Made by a program: the position numbers and the translations under genes. Below are positions 10,109 to 20,677 of a DNA stretch of 64,000 nucleotides, piece after piece. Positions within the stretch are counted from its first letter, which is position 1; each line of letters begins with the position of its first letter. The notes beneath the pieces are model-generated. The model searched no databases, was not told the origin of the DNA, and was given only the letters and a program-made list of their open reading frames with translations. The stretch is from positions 14,658-78,657 of the forward strand of contig JBMNCO010000161.1 of NCBI GenBank assembly GCA_049366815.1, read 5' to 3'. This stretch comes from Desulfatiglandales bacterium (GTDB lineage Bacteria > Desulfobacterota > DSM-4660 > Desulfatiglandales > HGW-15).

Positions 10109-13100
10109 TTATGGGGCAATCAACTGCTTGTAAGGTTGGAATCCGTCTCCAAAGCAGAACAGTGTGATCCGACCCTCGTTATCCAAGGGTACTTCCATAG
10201 AAAAGGCCCCGGTTTCTATAGGAGTGAACATGTACTGGCCGTTAGCCAGCACCATAATGTTCAGGGGTGTTTCTTCAAAGGTGGCCGTTCCATTGAGGTT
10301 TACCCATCCCGGCCTTGTTGAAGCTCCTATTCCGTATGTCAAGGAAATCTGACGGCTTTCCGCACCGGCAGATGCCATCGGGATATCATAGACGGCCGCC
10401 TGGGAGGGAGTCAGAGTGACCTTGAAGGGTGCCAGACTGTCGCAGAAAGCAAAAAGCGTGATCTGCCCCATTTCGTCCAGGGGAACCGCCAGGTCATACA
10501 CACCTTGATTGCTATCGCAGGTGAACATGTACTGGCCGTTGGCCAGCACCATGGTACAAATCGGCGTTCCTTCATAGGACACCGATCCACTGATAGGAAT
10601 CCACTCCATTTCGGAGCCCTCACCGCTTTGGTTCATATACACCAACCCCCAGTTCAGGGCATTGACCAGGTCCTTGCTGGCGATATACACCGGTGGGGAA
10701 TCCAGCCACGCCGGATTCTCAGAACCGGTTTCGTAAAGCTCCGCAGCCATATTCAGAAACTGCTGTCGCCCGGAGTACTTGAAGGCATAGGCGAGGACGT
10801 CGGCCATTAGGAGGGCCCAATTATTGGTTTCCAGGTAGGTTTCGTAAGGTACGGCAAACCAGATGCTGTCAACGGTCGCATAGCTGCCGGGTTTTTCCGG
10901 AATCTCCTTCATCAGGTGATTTATGATAAAATCTCCGTATGCCTCCACCGCCTGGGCCACACCCAGGTCATCGGAAATGCCGTATTCTTCGCAGAAATCC
11001 AGGTACCGGCCCATGGTCCAAACACTCTGTGCGAACTGAAACCCGCTGATACGCTCATCTCCGCCCATGGGTCCTCCGGCAGGTGGGGAATAGGAGTTGG
11101 GGTCGGCCAACCATCCCTGTTTGTTGGAGAGAGCGGCCGTTTGCATGAGAATATTTCTCATGGCTGTCCGCCAGCGGATGTCGCCGGTCTGCATGTGCCC
11201 TTCCAAAAATGCGAAAATTAGATTGGCCCGCTCGCGGTAAAAGACCGGATAGGTAAAATCCGAAAACTGCATGAGGTTCTCCATGGCTTGAAGCCCTTCC
11301 ATGGCCACGTCCATAAACCGTTGCTCGCCGCTCAGGTGGTAAGCAAGGATGAGATCGGGGACACCGAAAAATAGATCCACAGAGGGTGAATTGCCATTCC
11401 GGTTCGGATTGGTGCATCCGGGTTCATCATGAGCGCTGTGGCCGAAATAGGCCCCGTGGGACCAATGTTGAATCCCTTCGTCCGGGATGTGAAGATAGTC
11501 GATGTCGGCCAGATGCCAGGCTGCGGGAAGGGCCAGGTCTAACCATTCGAGTGCCCCTGAACGACAGAATTGAGTCAGCATCCCATATAGATACCAATAT
11601 TTCAGGTTCATCTGCCCGGCCTGGTTCCCCCCGAATGCCTCATAGTCCAAGGGAACGTCTCCGTAATCCTGCCACCCGTAGATATTATAGCGCTCAATGG
11701 CGTCATGGAGGGTGGTGTTACCCCAGGATGGATCGTCGTCCGGACCAAAATCAGGGTTCGGCTCGAATGCCGTCCGGACATACCGTTCATACTCCGGCCA
11801 CTGATTCAAATTCGCCATAGGCACCTCTCCAAGGGCGGCACACTGTGCATGCCAGGAAGGAGGTGCCGTGCCAAACAAGGCGCTATTAAAGGCCAGCGCC
11901 ATGTTTTGGGCCGTCGTGGCGGTCATACCGCCACTGACAAAATGAAGGAGCAGGGTATGGGTTTTTTCCTCCCCCGGCCTCAAGTTGTGGTTGAAGGTCG
12001 TGCCGTTGGGAAACAGGTCCAGGCTCAGGGTTGCGTCGGCATCTGTTTGAATCACCTTGGGAAAATTTTGCCAGAAATCACGGACTGCCACAGTAACATT
12101 AGAACCGGAGACATCGCCGGCCGACATCCACCCCAAGGCCTGAGATCCACTCAGGGCTACCCCCGGCCCGGTGATTTCGAATCCGTTTCGGGTGCAATAG
12201 GATTGAAGCCTGGGGGTGCATGAGACGCTTTCCCATCCCACCATACCCACATAGGCATTCCAGGTGGCCGTGCCGCTGGAATCCTGATAGAGCCGGACCG
12301 GAAACGACGGTGCGGATACCGTTACGCCCTGTTCAGTGAGCACTTGAAGTTCATCGACCGCAGGCCTGAGGGCCAGCTTGAGACTGCCTATGTATACACT
12401 GTTTGGTCCACCCTGATCGTGGACATTAGTGGGTTGCCCGCCTTCATCCCAGATCACAGGAAGATTGTTCTCCACCGTGAAATCCAATCGAATCCCTGAA
12501 GATCCGGCATAAAAATGGTATCTTGCCGTAAAGTCAAGGATCTTTTGTGAGGCCCCGCCCAGAATGGAGCCTGCCACCCGCACAACGGTATATAGATCTC
12601 CGCCGCGTTCGATACAGACAGAGGTGGAACGAGGCGTTAAGTCGGGAGTGCCGCCCGAAACGATGCTCCTGCCTCCGGCTGTCTCGTAACGGATGGCCTC
12701 CACAGTGGAAAGCGGCTGAAGCAGATCCCGGCCGTCCATGGCTACCTGATTAAGCAGATTGAAACGGCTGTCCGTGTTGATTTCGAACCGCGCGGCGCCG
12801 GTATCGACATAGAGCTTGCCGACCGTAGAAGTGTCCGTGTGTATACGGACTGAAGCTGAAGGTCCCGGCCCACCTGGCGCCAGTTGAAATGTCTGAGTGC
12901 TATGTGATGAGAGGGAGGTGAAAAACCCCACCAATACCCATTTAATGGGTTTGGACATATCCGAGACAGGGCCACCCCAGCGGGCCAATGCCTCGAACTG
13001 AGTCGGTACGGGGATACCTGTGCCGTCGATCAAGCGCAAATCGTTAGCATCGATGATGTTCCAAATTTTGGGGAGGGGAACCCCAAAATTGACATATTCA

Positions 13101-13219
13101 TTGATTCGATCGACTCCCGACCGTTCCGCGACCGACAGGGATACGGAATCTTGTGCAACGGCCTCGGAAGCAATGCCCACAACCAACATGATCAATAATC
13201 CAAGGATCGATCTGTTCAC
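10109..13219 (-). CDS. Large secreted protein of unknown function with a C-terminal double beta-sandwich-like module
   Basis: GTG 13219 is preceded by AAAGGAG and gives the signal-like N-terminus NRSILGLLIMLVVGIASEAVAQ. The long ORF has no competing frame. The C-terminal 165 aa are shared with the upstream gene. The catalytic family is not recognised with confidence. Confidence 0.7.
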   Translation of the reverse strand: MNRSILGLLIMLVVGIASEAVAQDSVSLSVAERSGVDRINEYVNFGVPLPKIWNIIDANDLRLIDGTGIPVPTQFEALARWGGPVSDMSKPIKWVLVGFFTSLSSHSTQTFQLAPGGPGPSASVRIHTDTSTVGKLYVDTGAARFEINTDSRFNLLNQVAMDGRDLLQPLSTVEAIRYETAGGRSIVSGGTPDLTPRSTSVCIERGGDLYTVVRVAGSILGGASQKILDFTARYHFYAGSSGIRLDFTVENNLPVIWDEGGQPTNVHDQGGPNSVYIGSLKLALRPAVDELQVLTEQGVTVSAPSFPVRLYQDSSGTATWNAYVGMVGWESVSCTPRLQSYCTRNGFEITGPGVALSGSQALGWMSAGDVSGSNVTVAVRDFWQNFPKVIQTDADATLSLDLFPNGTTFNHNLRPGEEKTHTLLLHFVSGGMTATTAQNMALAFNSALFGTAPPSWHAQCAALGEVPMANLNQWPEYERYVRTAFEPNPDFGPDDDPSWGNTTLHDAIERYNIYGWQDYGDVPLDYEAFGGNQAGQMNLKYWYLYGMLTQFCRSGALEWLDLALPAAWHLADIDYLHIPDEGIQHWSHGAYFGHSAHDEPGCTNPNRNGNSPSVDLFFGVPDLILAYHLSGEQRFMDVAMEGLQAMENLMQFSDFTYPVFYRERANLIFAFLEGHMQTGDIRWRTAMRNILMQTAALSNKQGWLADPNSYSPPAGGPMGGDERISGFQFAQSVWTMGRYLDFCEEYGISDDLGVAQAVEAYGDFIINHLMKEIPEKPGSYATVDSIWFAVPYETYLETNNWALLMADVLAYAFKYSGRQQFLNMAAELYETGSENPAWLDSPPVYIASKDLVNALNWGLVYMNQSGEGSEMEWIPISGSVSYEGTPICTMVLANGQYMFTCDSNQGVYDLAVPLDEMGQITLFAFCDSLAPFKVTLTPSQAAVYDIPMASAGAESRQISLTYGIGASTRPGWVNLNGTATFEETPLNIMVLANGQYMFTPIETGAFSMEVPLDNEGRITLFCFGDGFQPYKQLIAP

Positions 13220-13357
13220 AACCAAGCTCCTTTCCCCGGGAATCAGTATCAGAGAATCATTCAGGTGCTGCCGCACTGGAACGACCAATAAAAAGTGCTC
13301 GGATCCCTGTGCCGCCAATTGTGTGGTCCCGCAGGTAGATCCGTAAATGCAATTTCT

Positions 13358-14791
13358 CTACCAAGGCCCAATGATTCTTTTATAGGGTTGGAATCCCTCG
13401 CAAAAACCAAACAGTGTAATCTGGCCGCTTTCGTCTAACGGCACCTCCAGGGAATAGGCTCCTGAGTCTTGGGGAGTAAACATCTGCTCTCCGTTGGCCA
13501 GCACCATGATGTTCAAGGGTGTTTCATCAAGCGCTGCTTTACCACTGATGAGCACCCGATCAGGCGCGGTAGCCACTCCCAGCTGATAGGTGAGGTTAAT
13601 TTCCTGACTTTCGGGGGGGGCCTCGGACATGTGAATATCGTAATCGACAGCTTGGGAGGGCGTCAGGACCTCCTTAAACGGTGCCAGGCCGTCGCAGAAG
13701 CAGTAGAGGGTAATCTGTCCCTTGGAATCGGTAGGCACTGTCAAATTGTACATCCCGAGACTTTGATCACAGGTGAACATAAACTGCCCATTGGCCAGGA
13801 TCATTGCGCATACAGCTTCACCCCCGTACTGCACTGACCCGCTGATCTGCACCCATTCGGGGCTGGATGTGCCTTTCCATTGGTTATAGTAGTAGTTTAG
13901 AAGGGGTACGAACTCCTGGGTTGCCTTTTGGTGTCCCTGGGTGCTGGGGTGGCTGTCATACTCGTCCGCGGTCAAGATAGCGAAATTGTTATTTCCGAGA
14001 GTAACATGTTCAATGCTTCCATTGATATAGCGGTGGTGGTTATCCGCGCCGGTCAACACATTAAAATAGTCGAATACCGCCACATTTTTATAAGGATAGC
14101 TTTCCAGCCATTCGTTCACCAGCCATGTGGTGAAGGCTCGGGCGTTGGCGGCCCGTTCCTCCGGGGTCTGGTAGTCACTGCAGTAATCGCTCCGGAGCTG
14201 GGGAGGAGAGGTGATGACGATGAAAAGCTTGTCTTGTCTTGTTTGAAAATAGGTCAGGATTTCGTTGAAGACCGCCTTCGCATTGCTTACGGTATACTCA
14301 TACTCATTGGCCTCGAAGGCCGGGGGATCAGTGGGGTCTCCAAAAAGGTCTGAATTTGGGAAACAGGACTTGAAGAGGACAATAGTGTTCTCGCCGCCCG
14401 GATCAGTAGACATCCGAGACCAGTCTCCAAAATCCTGAACGTTTTGGCCGGTCTCGTGATACAGTTGGTCCAGAATACTGTGACTGTTTGTGCCGGTGAA
14501 CCATTCCATCCAGTTGGGGATGTCGGTGCGATCACCGATGCCCTCATAACCCCAACCGTAGTTGGTGGCACTCACATAGTAATTGTTGTCCATCAGGGCC
14601 TGCCCTAAGCCCCCATAAGGGCCCTCATGATTGGCATCGGCCAGCCAGTTCCCCCCGGTGGAGTGGTGAATAAAGACCAGCTTGACAGGAGAGGATGGAG
14701 GTGTTGTATCCGCTGAAAAGGTTGTCAGTGGAATGCTGAACAAGATCCCAAAAAAAACCATTAATGTTCCTGGAATTTTTTTTCCTTTCAT
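13358..14791 (-). CDS. Secreted protein of unknown function (possible hydrolase-like N-terminal domain) with the same C-terminal double module
   Basis: Signal peptide MKGKKIPGTLMVFFGILFSIPLTTFSA. AAGGAG lies upstream. The N-terminal domain begins VKLVFIHHSTGGNWL. The C-terminal 166 aa align without gaps to the C-terminus of the downstream gene. Confidence 0.7.
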   Translation of the reverse strand: MKGKKIPGTLMVFFGILFSIPLTTFSADTTPPSSPVKLVFIHHSTGGNWLADANHEGPYGGLGQALMDNNYYVSATNYGWGYEGIGDRTDIPNWMEWFTGTNSHSILDQLYHETGQNVQDFGDWSRMSTDPGGENTIVLFKSCFPNSDLFGDPTDPPAFEANEYEYTVSNAKAVFNEILTYFQTRQDKLFIVITSPPQLRSDYCSDYQTPEERAANARAFTTWLVNEWLESYPYKNVAVFDYFNVLTGADNHHRYINGSIEHVTLGNNNFAILTADEYDSHPSTQGHQKATQEFVPLLNYYYNQWKGTSSPEWVQISGSVQYGGEAVCAMILANGQFMFTCDQSLGMYNLTVPTDSKGQITLYCFCDGLAPFKEVLTPSQAVDYDIHMSEAPPESQEINLTYQLGVATAPDRVLISGKAALDETPLNIMVLANGEQMFTPQDSGAYSLEVPLDESGQITLFGFCEGFQPYKRIIGPW

Positions 14792-15159
14792 TTCCATCTC
14801 CTTCTAAGAGAGGTTTTTATTCAAAAATAAAAAAGAAGCCTTCAGAGAAACCCACGACTTTCCGATCCCATCTCGTGACCGGTTTGGCTCTATTTTGATT
14901 AGGATATAAATCTCCTGACACGATACACCTCACCTATCAAGAGATATGCAGACGGATTTTGATGTGCGTCTCCATCAACGTTTTCCGAGGAGGAGGCTCA
15001 AAGATTGGAAGAAAATGTTGAAAATATTATAAGACGAATTTGCGCCACGTGTCAAAAAAATCAAGCCTCAGAAGACGGGCCATCCCAAAAAACAGCATAC
15101 TTTTAGGACATTTTCAGTTGATAGATTTTGTAGTCCGTTGCTTGCTGATGAAAAAGTCT

Positions 15160-17355
15160 CTAGGTGTAAGCATGGATGTTTTTGATCCTGGTAATCATCT
15201 GAGAAAGCTGGATGGACAAGATATCAACGAATGACCTTGCATTTGGCATTTTTTCGAAATCCATATCCAACAGTACCCCTGCAACCTTAACATCCACAGA
15301 GACCCCGTTCACCTCAATTGGTTCAAAGTGAAGGAGTTTCATGGCCCGTCGAAGTGCCAATCTCGCATCCTCCAGGGGCGTCATGGGCAAAAGGGCGACC
15401 ATTCTGTTCCTTCCGAATTCACCGACAATATCAGAATCCCTAAATATGTCAGCCAGTTTTATCAAAAGTGCATCCGTCAAATCTTGACTCTTTATCGAAC
15501 CGGCCGGCGCCGTCGTCTTTGATTTTGCAGTGACCAAGGAAAATCCCAATGCCGCAAACGGCGTATCGTAACGCTTTGACCTGGCCATTTCCTTCTCAAT
15601 AATAGTTACGAGACTTTGATATTTGATGACCCCTGCGGGGGTTTCCTTGCCGGCCTGGGGGGCTTTCCTTTTCTGTTTCTCTTTGATGATTTCCGTGTAG
15701 ATCTGCGTGAAATCATTTTCATCAATCAACCCGGAATCGACCTTTGATCGAATGATCTTGAGGATATGACCAAGTTCTTCGTCTTCGCTTACACTGCGCT
15801 CCAGTGTCTCCAAGACACTTAAGGGCGAGGATGTTCCTTCCTGGAGGCTGTCTGACCGCGACTTGAGCCATTCAATCTTCAGATTATTAATCAGTTCATC
15901 CATTCTCTGATTGAGTTTCTCTTCCAGACTGCATAGAATATTTCCATTTATGTCCAATCTTTCCAATTGACCCACAATATCTGATCGAATATCACTCATG
16001 ACGGTTTTGAGATGTTGTTCTTCTTTTACGCCTTCCTTTCGGACAACGTCCATCGCCATATGAGATCCAAGCCGCTCCACATATTCCACTAGAAGTTCAG
16101 ACAGGACCTCCTCATCCCCTGTCCCTTTTCGAATTTCTCCTGCAAGATATATGAGCTCCGCGGTTTGAAGGGGGTTCTTCTTTAACTCCTGTACCAGTCT
16201 TTCTCCGTCGACGCCGATTTCCTCAGAACTTTCAGCCAATATTTTGGCCAGCCCTTCACTCTGAAGTTCCCTGCCCAGTTCTTGCACCAGCTCTAAATAT
16301 TCAGAAAGCGCCATGCCCTCTTCAATCAAAGCGGCTTTAATCTTCGGGAGAAGCCGTTTGAGTTCGTCATGTTCAGGGACCAATCTTCTGATAATCTGGG
16401 CCATACGTGAGGCACTTGTTTTCCCGGCCTTGTATTCCTCCCTTATAAGTCTGATGAGAACCCGGTCTGTAATTTCATTTGTCTTTTCAACGATCAGATC
16501 CTCGTCGGGATATGCCACTCCCAAGGCCTTTTTTGCCTCTATGCCGTCCATCAGCTGTCTTCTCACATCAAAAAGCGCCTCGGCCAGCTGTGGTAACTCA
16601 AGGTTACTTCCCTCTGAAAGCTTCTTTTCCACCTCTTTGTCAATGACATGGAGCTGCTGCAGCAACATCATGCCTGGACTTTGACCTTCATGCCCAGGTT
16701 GCTGCACGCTTTTTAGGTCAACTTCAATCATGTTTTTTGAAAGCCCGCCGGGATCCTTTATGACGTTCTGAAGATTGAGCGTCTTGACAAATTCTTCCAT
16801 CAAGACACTTTCAAGCAGAGATTCGATAATCATCTTTTTGGATTCCGGGTTGGTGCTATCTGCTATTTCCGGCGTGACATTTTTTAGGACCTCCCTCGCA
16901 ATGACCTCGTCATCTGCCGAGACCTTTTTATAGAGCACATGATTGATTTTTATGGCCTTAATGCCTTTGGCCTTGAGGGCCTTTTTCATCGCATCGGCGT
17001 TTGGATACTGCAGCAGGGACGTTTCGATTTCAACGAGAAATTTGAGGTCACTTTTTCTGAGTCCCTTATCGAATGACACGGACTGGATACCGCATCTATT
17101 AAAATGGTTCGCAATTCTGGCGACATTGATGCGGGGATCAAGCGGTTCTTCATCAATATAAAATTGCTCTCGATTTAAGATGAAAACAAGAGGTGAAATA
17201 AAATGAAAAAGCTGTCCAGCCGCCTCATAAACCGTATCAATAGACTGCCCGATAGATGGATGGTTCACATGATACATCGTGGCACGATTTAACAAAAGGG
17301 CAAGATTACGACCGAACAGAGACAGTTTCAGCTTGAGACCTTTGTTTTCGCCCAT
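15160..17355 (-). CDS. Large cytoplasmic signalling protein with a C-terminal degenerate GGDEF-like domain
   Basis: The C-terminus has GGDEF-domain topology: RYDTPFAALGFSL ... DSDIVGEFGRNRMVALLPMT ... VKVAGVLLD. The GGDEF signature is replaced by GRNRM. ATG 17355 is chosen because the track start at 17493 would overlap the kinase gene by 130 nt. Confidence 0.65.
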   Translation of the reverse strand: MGENKGLKLKLSLFGRNLALLLNRATMYHVNHPSIGQSIDTVYEAAGQLFHFISPLVFILNREQFYIDEEPLDPRINVARIANHFNRCGIQSVSFDKGLRKSDLKFLVEIETSLLQYPNADAMKKALKAKGIKAIKINHVLYKKVSADDEVIAREVLKNVTPEIADSTNPESKKMIIESLLESVLMEEFVKTLNLQNVIKDPGGLSKNMIEVDLKSVQQPGHEGQSPGMMLLQQLHVIDKEVEKKLSEGSNLELPQLAEALFDVRRQLMDGIEAKKALGVAYPDEDLIVEKTNEITDRVLIRLIREEYKAGKTSASRMAQIIRRLVPEHDELKRLLPKIKAALIEEGMALSEYLELVQELGRELQSEGLAKILAESSEEIGVDGERLVQELKKNPLQTAELIYLAGEIRKGTGDEEVLSELLVEYVERLGSHMAMDVVRKEGVKEEQHLKTVMSDIRSDIVGQLERLDINGNILCSLEEKLNQRMDELINNLKIEWLKSRSDSLQEGTSSPLSVLETLERSVSEDEELGHILKIIRSKVDSGLIDENDFTQIYTEIIKEKQKRKAPQAGKETPAGVIKYQSLVTIIEKEMARSKRYDTPFAALGFSLVTAKSKTTAPAGSIKSQDLTDALLIKLADIFRDSDIVGEFGRNRMVALLPMTPLEDARLALRRAMKLLHFEPIEVNGVSVDVKVAGVLLDMDFEKMPNARSFVDILSIQLSQMITRIKNIHAYT

Positions 17356-17362
17356 AGCCTTG

Positions 17363-18265
17363 TTAATCTTCCCCTTTCGAGTGTTGCTCCATGTAGGCCT
17401 GTAGGCGTGCTCGGAATTCCCCGCAGGTGGGATACCGCCTTTTCGGATCATAGCGCAGAGCCTTGGAAAGGATGGCATCCATCTCTTTACCAACCATTGG
17501 GTTCATTTCTGAAGGCCATTTGTCAAACAACCGATCCTTGCGCTTTAACTTCATTTTCAACAGATCCTGAACAGAATCGAGCTCCTGAAACAGAGGGCTT
17601 GGAATCAACATCTCGAGCAGCATAATGCCGGTAGCATAGATATCGGCTCGCCCGTCCACGTCTGCTTTCAATATTTGCTCTGGAGCCATATAGGTCGGTG
17701 TCCCCAGGAGCATTGAAGAGGTCAAGTCCGGACCCCTCGCAATCCTGGCAATGCCGAAATCCAATAGAATCGGTCGCTTCGTATGGTTTTCGATCAATAT
17801 ATTCCCCGGTTTGATATCCCGGTGTATAACATCATGTTGATGGGCATAATCCAGGGCATCGAGGACCTGGATGATAATCTGCAGGGATGTTTTCAGTGGC
17901 GGTATTCTTTTTGAGGGCACCGGATTTCTTCGTGCCCTGCGAATGTGATCGGAAAGAGATCGCCCATTCACCAACTGCATGGTGAAAAACAAGAAATCAC
18001 AGGTCTCTCCCACTTCATAAATCGGAATGATGTTGGGATGGGACAGGATGGCCGCGGCCTCCGCCTCCTGCTGAAATATTTGTCCGGTCATAGGGGTCAG
18101 GAGTGTCTTGGGCAGAATTTTTACTGCAATCCGACGCTTCAGGCTTTTTTGATAAGCGGCAAATACGACAGCCATCCCGCCGCGTGCAATCTCTCTTATG
18201 AGAGTAGAGGTACCCACATCTTGCCCGACAAGGTCGTCAAGGTTTAGGCCTTTTATCGAGGACAT
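17363..18265 (-). CDS. Hanks-type Ser/Thr protein kinase (kinase domain only)
   Basis: Motifs present: VAVKIL-type Lys (IAVKILPK), HRDIKPGNILI, DFGIARI, GTPTYMAPEQ. Confidence 0.9.
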   Translation of the reverse strand: MSSIKGLNLDDLVGQDVGTSTLIREIARGGMAVVFAAYQKSLKRRIAVKILPKTLLTPMTGQIFQQEAEAAAILSHPNIIPIYEVGETCDFLFFTMQLVNGRSLSDHIRRARRNPVPSKRIPPLKTSLQIIIQVLDALDYAHQHDVIHRDIKPGNILIENHTKRPILLDFGIARIARGPDLTSSMLLGTPTYMAPEQILKADVDGRADIYATGIMLLEMLIPSPLFQELDSVQDLLKMKLKRKDRLFDKWPSEMNPMVGKEMDAILSKALRYDPKRRYPTCGEFRARLQAYMEQHSKGED

Positions 18266-18544
18266 GATCCACTTCCACCTATTAGAATCCCGTGCATATA
18301 CTTTGATTATATGCTTATCGGCAGAAACTTCCTCGAAATTGAAGGATAAATTCAGGAGTAATACTAATAGGTTGCGGTGGTATGGGCATGTTTAACCACA
18401 GAAACCCTGCGTTGCTGCGGATAATGATACTTCCAAAATGATTCCTCGTCGGTGAGGTGTCCGGCTGCTGCCCGATCACCTGGTCCTAAAATGATCCCTT
18501 TTTCCCCACACAAAAAGTCCATTTGTCGTTCAGGATGTAATTGA

Positions 18545-18949
18545 TCACAGCGGAAAAAAAATCGCCAGGGTGTTGGCAATCAGGTAATGACTGAAATGGA
18601 CAAGGACTTTGGTAAAAAGGAACTGACAGAGTATGGAAAACCAACAGGCCACAAAATACTGAGCCATTTGAAACAGGTAGGGCTTTTTGATCATCGCCAT
18701 CCTCTCGCCCCAGGTCCAAATCCTGTTCCAGGCAAAATTGTTGATGGTGGCGCAAAAAATGGCCACTCCTAGGGAAAGATTGAGCCGGGCACCCGGCTCT
18801 ATTTCACGCAAGAGGTATTCTTGAGACAGATAGAGGACTGTAAGATTTACAATCATCCCGGAAAAACCGACTGTCCCGAACTTAATAAAACGGTGTCCAA
18901 CAAATCCTCTTATCAGAGAAGACCCTGATTTTATTTGTTTCTTTCCCAA
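18545..18949 (-). CDS. GtrA-family membrane protein
   Basis: FIKFGTVGFSGMIVNLTVLY ... NNFAWNRIWTW pattern with four hydrophobic segments. The start is uncertain. TTG 18949 is proposed because the ATG at 19048 would overlap the GT9 gene by 118 nt. Confidence 0.6.
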   Translation of the reverse strand: MGKKQIKSGSSLIRGFVGHRFIKFGTVGFSGMIVNLTVLYLSQEYLLREIEPGARLNLSLGVAIFCATINNFAWNRIWTWGERMAMIKKPYLFQMAQYFVACWFSILCQFLFTKVLVHFSHYLIANTLAIFFPL

Positions 18950-20184
18950 TATTCCCTCTTTTCCATCTTTTTTACAGCCCCCTTTTTCCCCCCCAATATC
19001 TCCCCTGCCTTTTGATACACCTCTTCCGGATGGATGCCGCTCAGGCACCGGTTTTCGCCGTCACAAGGTGAGTTACGGTGATTGTAGGCCGTAAGGCAGG
19101 GAGAACAGGAAAGGGGCAAATGGTAGATTATGGCATTCCTGCCAAGGGGACTATAGAGTACCGGCGTCTCCGGCCCGTAAAAGATGATTGTGGGAATGGG
19201 GGTCAAAGCGGCGAACTGCCCCGGACCTCCGTCATTGGTGATAAGAAGCGATGCGATATGGAACAGGGCCATCAGTTCCCGAAGTGTTTTGGTATATCCG
19301 GTAAGATCTACGCAATCCCGGCTCCCACAATGGACCACAATTTTTTGGGCAAGGGCTTTGTCCTGCGCCATTCCAATGATGGCAACGGCATGTCCATCCT
19401 TCAGCAGGCTCTCAGCCAATCGGCAATAATAATCAGATGGCCACGCCCTGATCGGCAAAACCCCTCCGCTCGGATACAGCAGGACAAGTTGCTTTTGTTT
19501 CGGAAGCGAAAATTCCCTGAAAACTCTGACAGAAAAGGCCGCAATGTCTTCCTTCGCAATGTGGAACCTGGGGATGTCATAATCCTCAAGTGAGACTTCG
19601 CGCTTCCCAGGCGGCCAGGATTTTGAATCCATCGCCTCCACCAAGGTCATAAATTGCTTTGAGATATGGTGGTAGGGATTGTACAAAACGGGCCGATTGA
19701 TAAAGGAACCGCGATAAAGTCCTTCTTGTGAATGCGGGTGAAATCCCACGCGGATGGGTGCTCTGCTCAGTCGTGAGAGAATGCTGCTTGCCCTGGCAAA
19801 AAGTTCACAGTCAATGACCGCATCGAAATTGATGGACTGCATTCTTCGAAGAAACCTTATCACGTCTTTTACAAAGGCCGAAAGACTTTGATTTTCCAAC
19901 GTGTGAATGTTCTTTTCTGGAATAACATTCAGGATCTCTAATATCTCTCGATTTTGTCTAAACACAAGGGCATGGATCTCTGCGTGGACATACTTCGTCC
20001 GAAGCGCCGTAAACATAGGGTGGGCAAGGACCAGGCTTCCCATCTCAGAAAGAAGGATAACAAGGATCTTCTCGGGGGCATTTTTAAGCGACCTTTCTTT
20101 GACGGGGACCAACGACAGAATTCCACAGAGAAACATTCCTACAAAACGATCAATTTTTCGCTGCAATTCCATGTTCATTGTCAT
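18931..20184 (-). CDS. Glycosyltransferase family 9 (heptosyltransferase-like)
   Basis: GT9-like layout: KILVILLSEMGSLVLAHPMF near the N-terminus, and C-terminal TNDGGPGQFAA / IFYGPETP. Confidence 0.75.
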   Translation of the reverse strand: MTMNMELQRKIDRFVGMFLCGILSLVPVKERSLKNAPEKILVILLSEMGSLVLAHPMFTALRTKYVHAEIHALVFRQNREILEILNVIPEKNIHTLENQSLSAFVKDVIRFLRRMQSINFDAVIDCELFARASSILSRLSRAPIRVGFHPHSQEGLYRGSFINRPVLYNPYHHISKQFMTLVEAMDSKSWPPGKREVSLEDYDIPRFHIAKEDIAAFSVRVFREFSLPKQKQLVLLYPSGGVLPIRAWPSDYYCRLAESLLKDGHAVAIIGMAQDKALAQKIVVHCGSRDCVDLTGYTKTLRELMALFHIASLLITNDGGPGQFAALTPIPTIIFYGPETPVLYSPLGRNAIIYHLPLSCSPCLTAYNHRNSPCDGENRCLSGIHPEEVYQKAGEILGGKKGAVKKMEKREYWERNK

Positions 20185-20677
20185 TGCTCCATAAAAGCGC
20201 GCGGGCGCCCTTTCGCATCGTCAAAGAAATCCATGGCGACGAGATATTACCCTATGGTCGCTGAAAAGATGGCCGCAGGACGACCTCATTCAATACTGGC
20301 TGTCCTTACCATCCCTGCACCTTATTGATCAAGAATTTTGTCATCCACACCCATTTATTTGACAGGATCGGATCAGCATCCAGACATGGCGAGGTTCACC
20401 CAGGAAGAACTTACATTTCAAGCCACTCTCGTCCAAGTCCAAAGGGTAAAAACATGCCATATTTTTATGTATCCAGGGAATGAACCGTTTGTTTCATCTG
20501 GAAAGGATGCCGCCTCTTCCCAACTCTCCTGCTGTAATTTCTTTTTGCAGATCCTTGTCATGTTTTTTATGCCATGTTGGGGTAAACCCTTCAGAATTTT
20601 ATACGTCTAATCAGATAAAACAACAAATTATGACACCGAACTATTCCTCTGATTTGAAAAAGTGGGGGGCGGTAACC

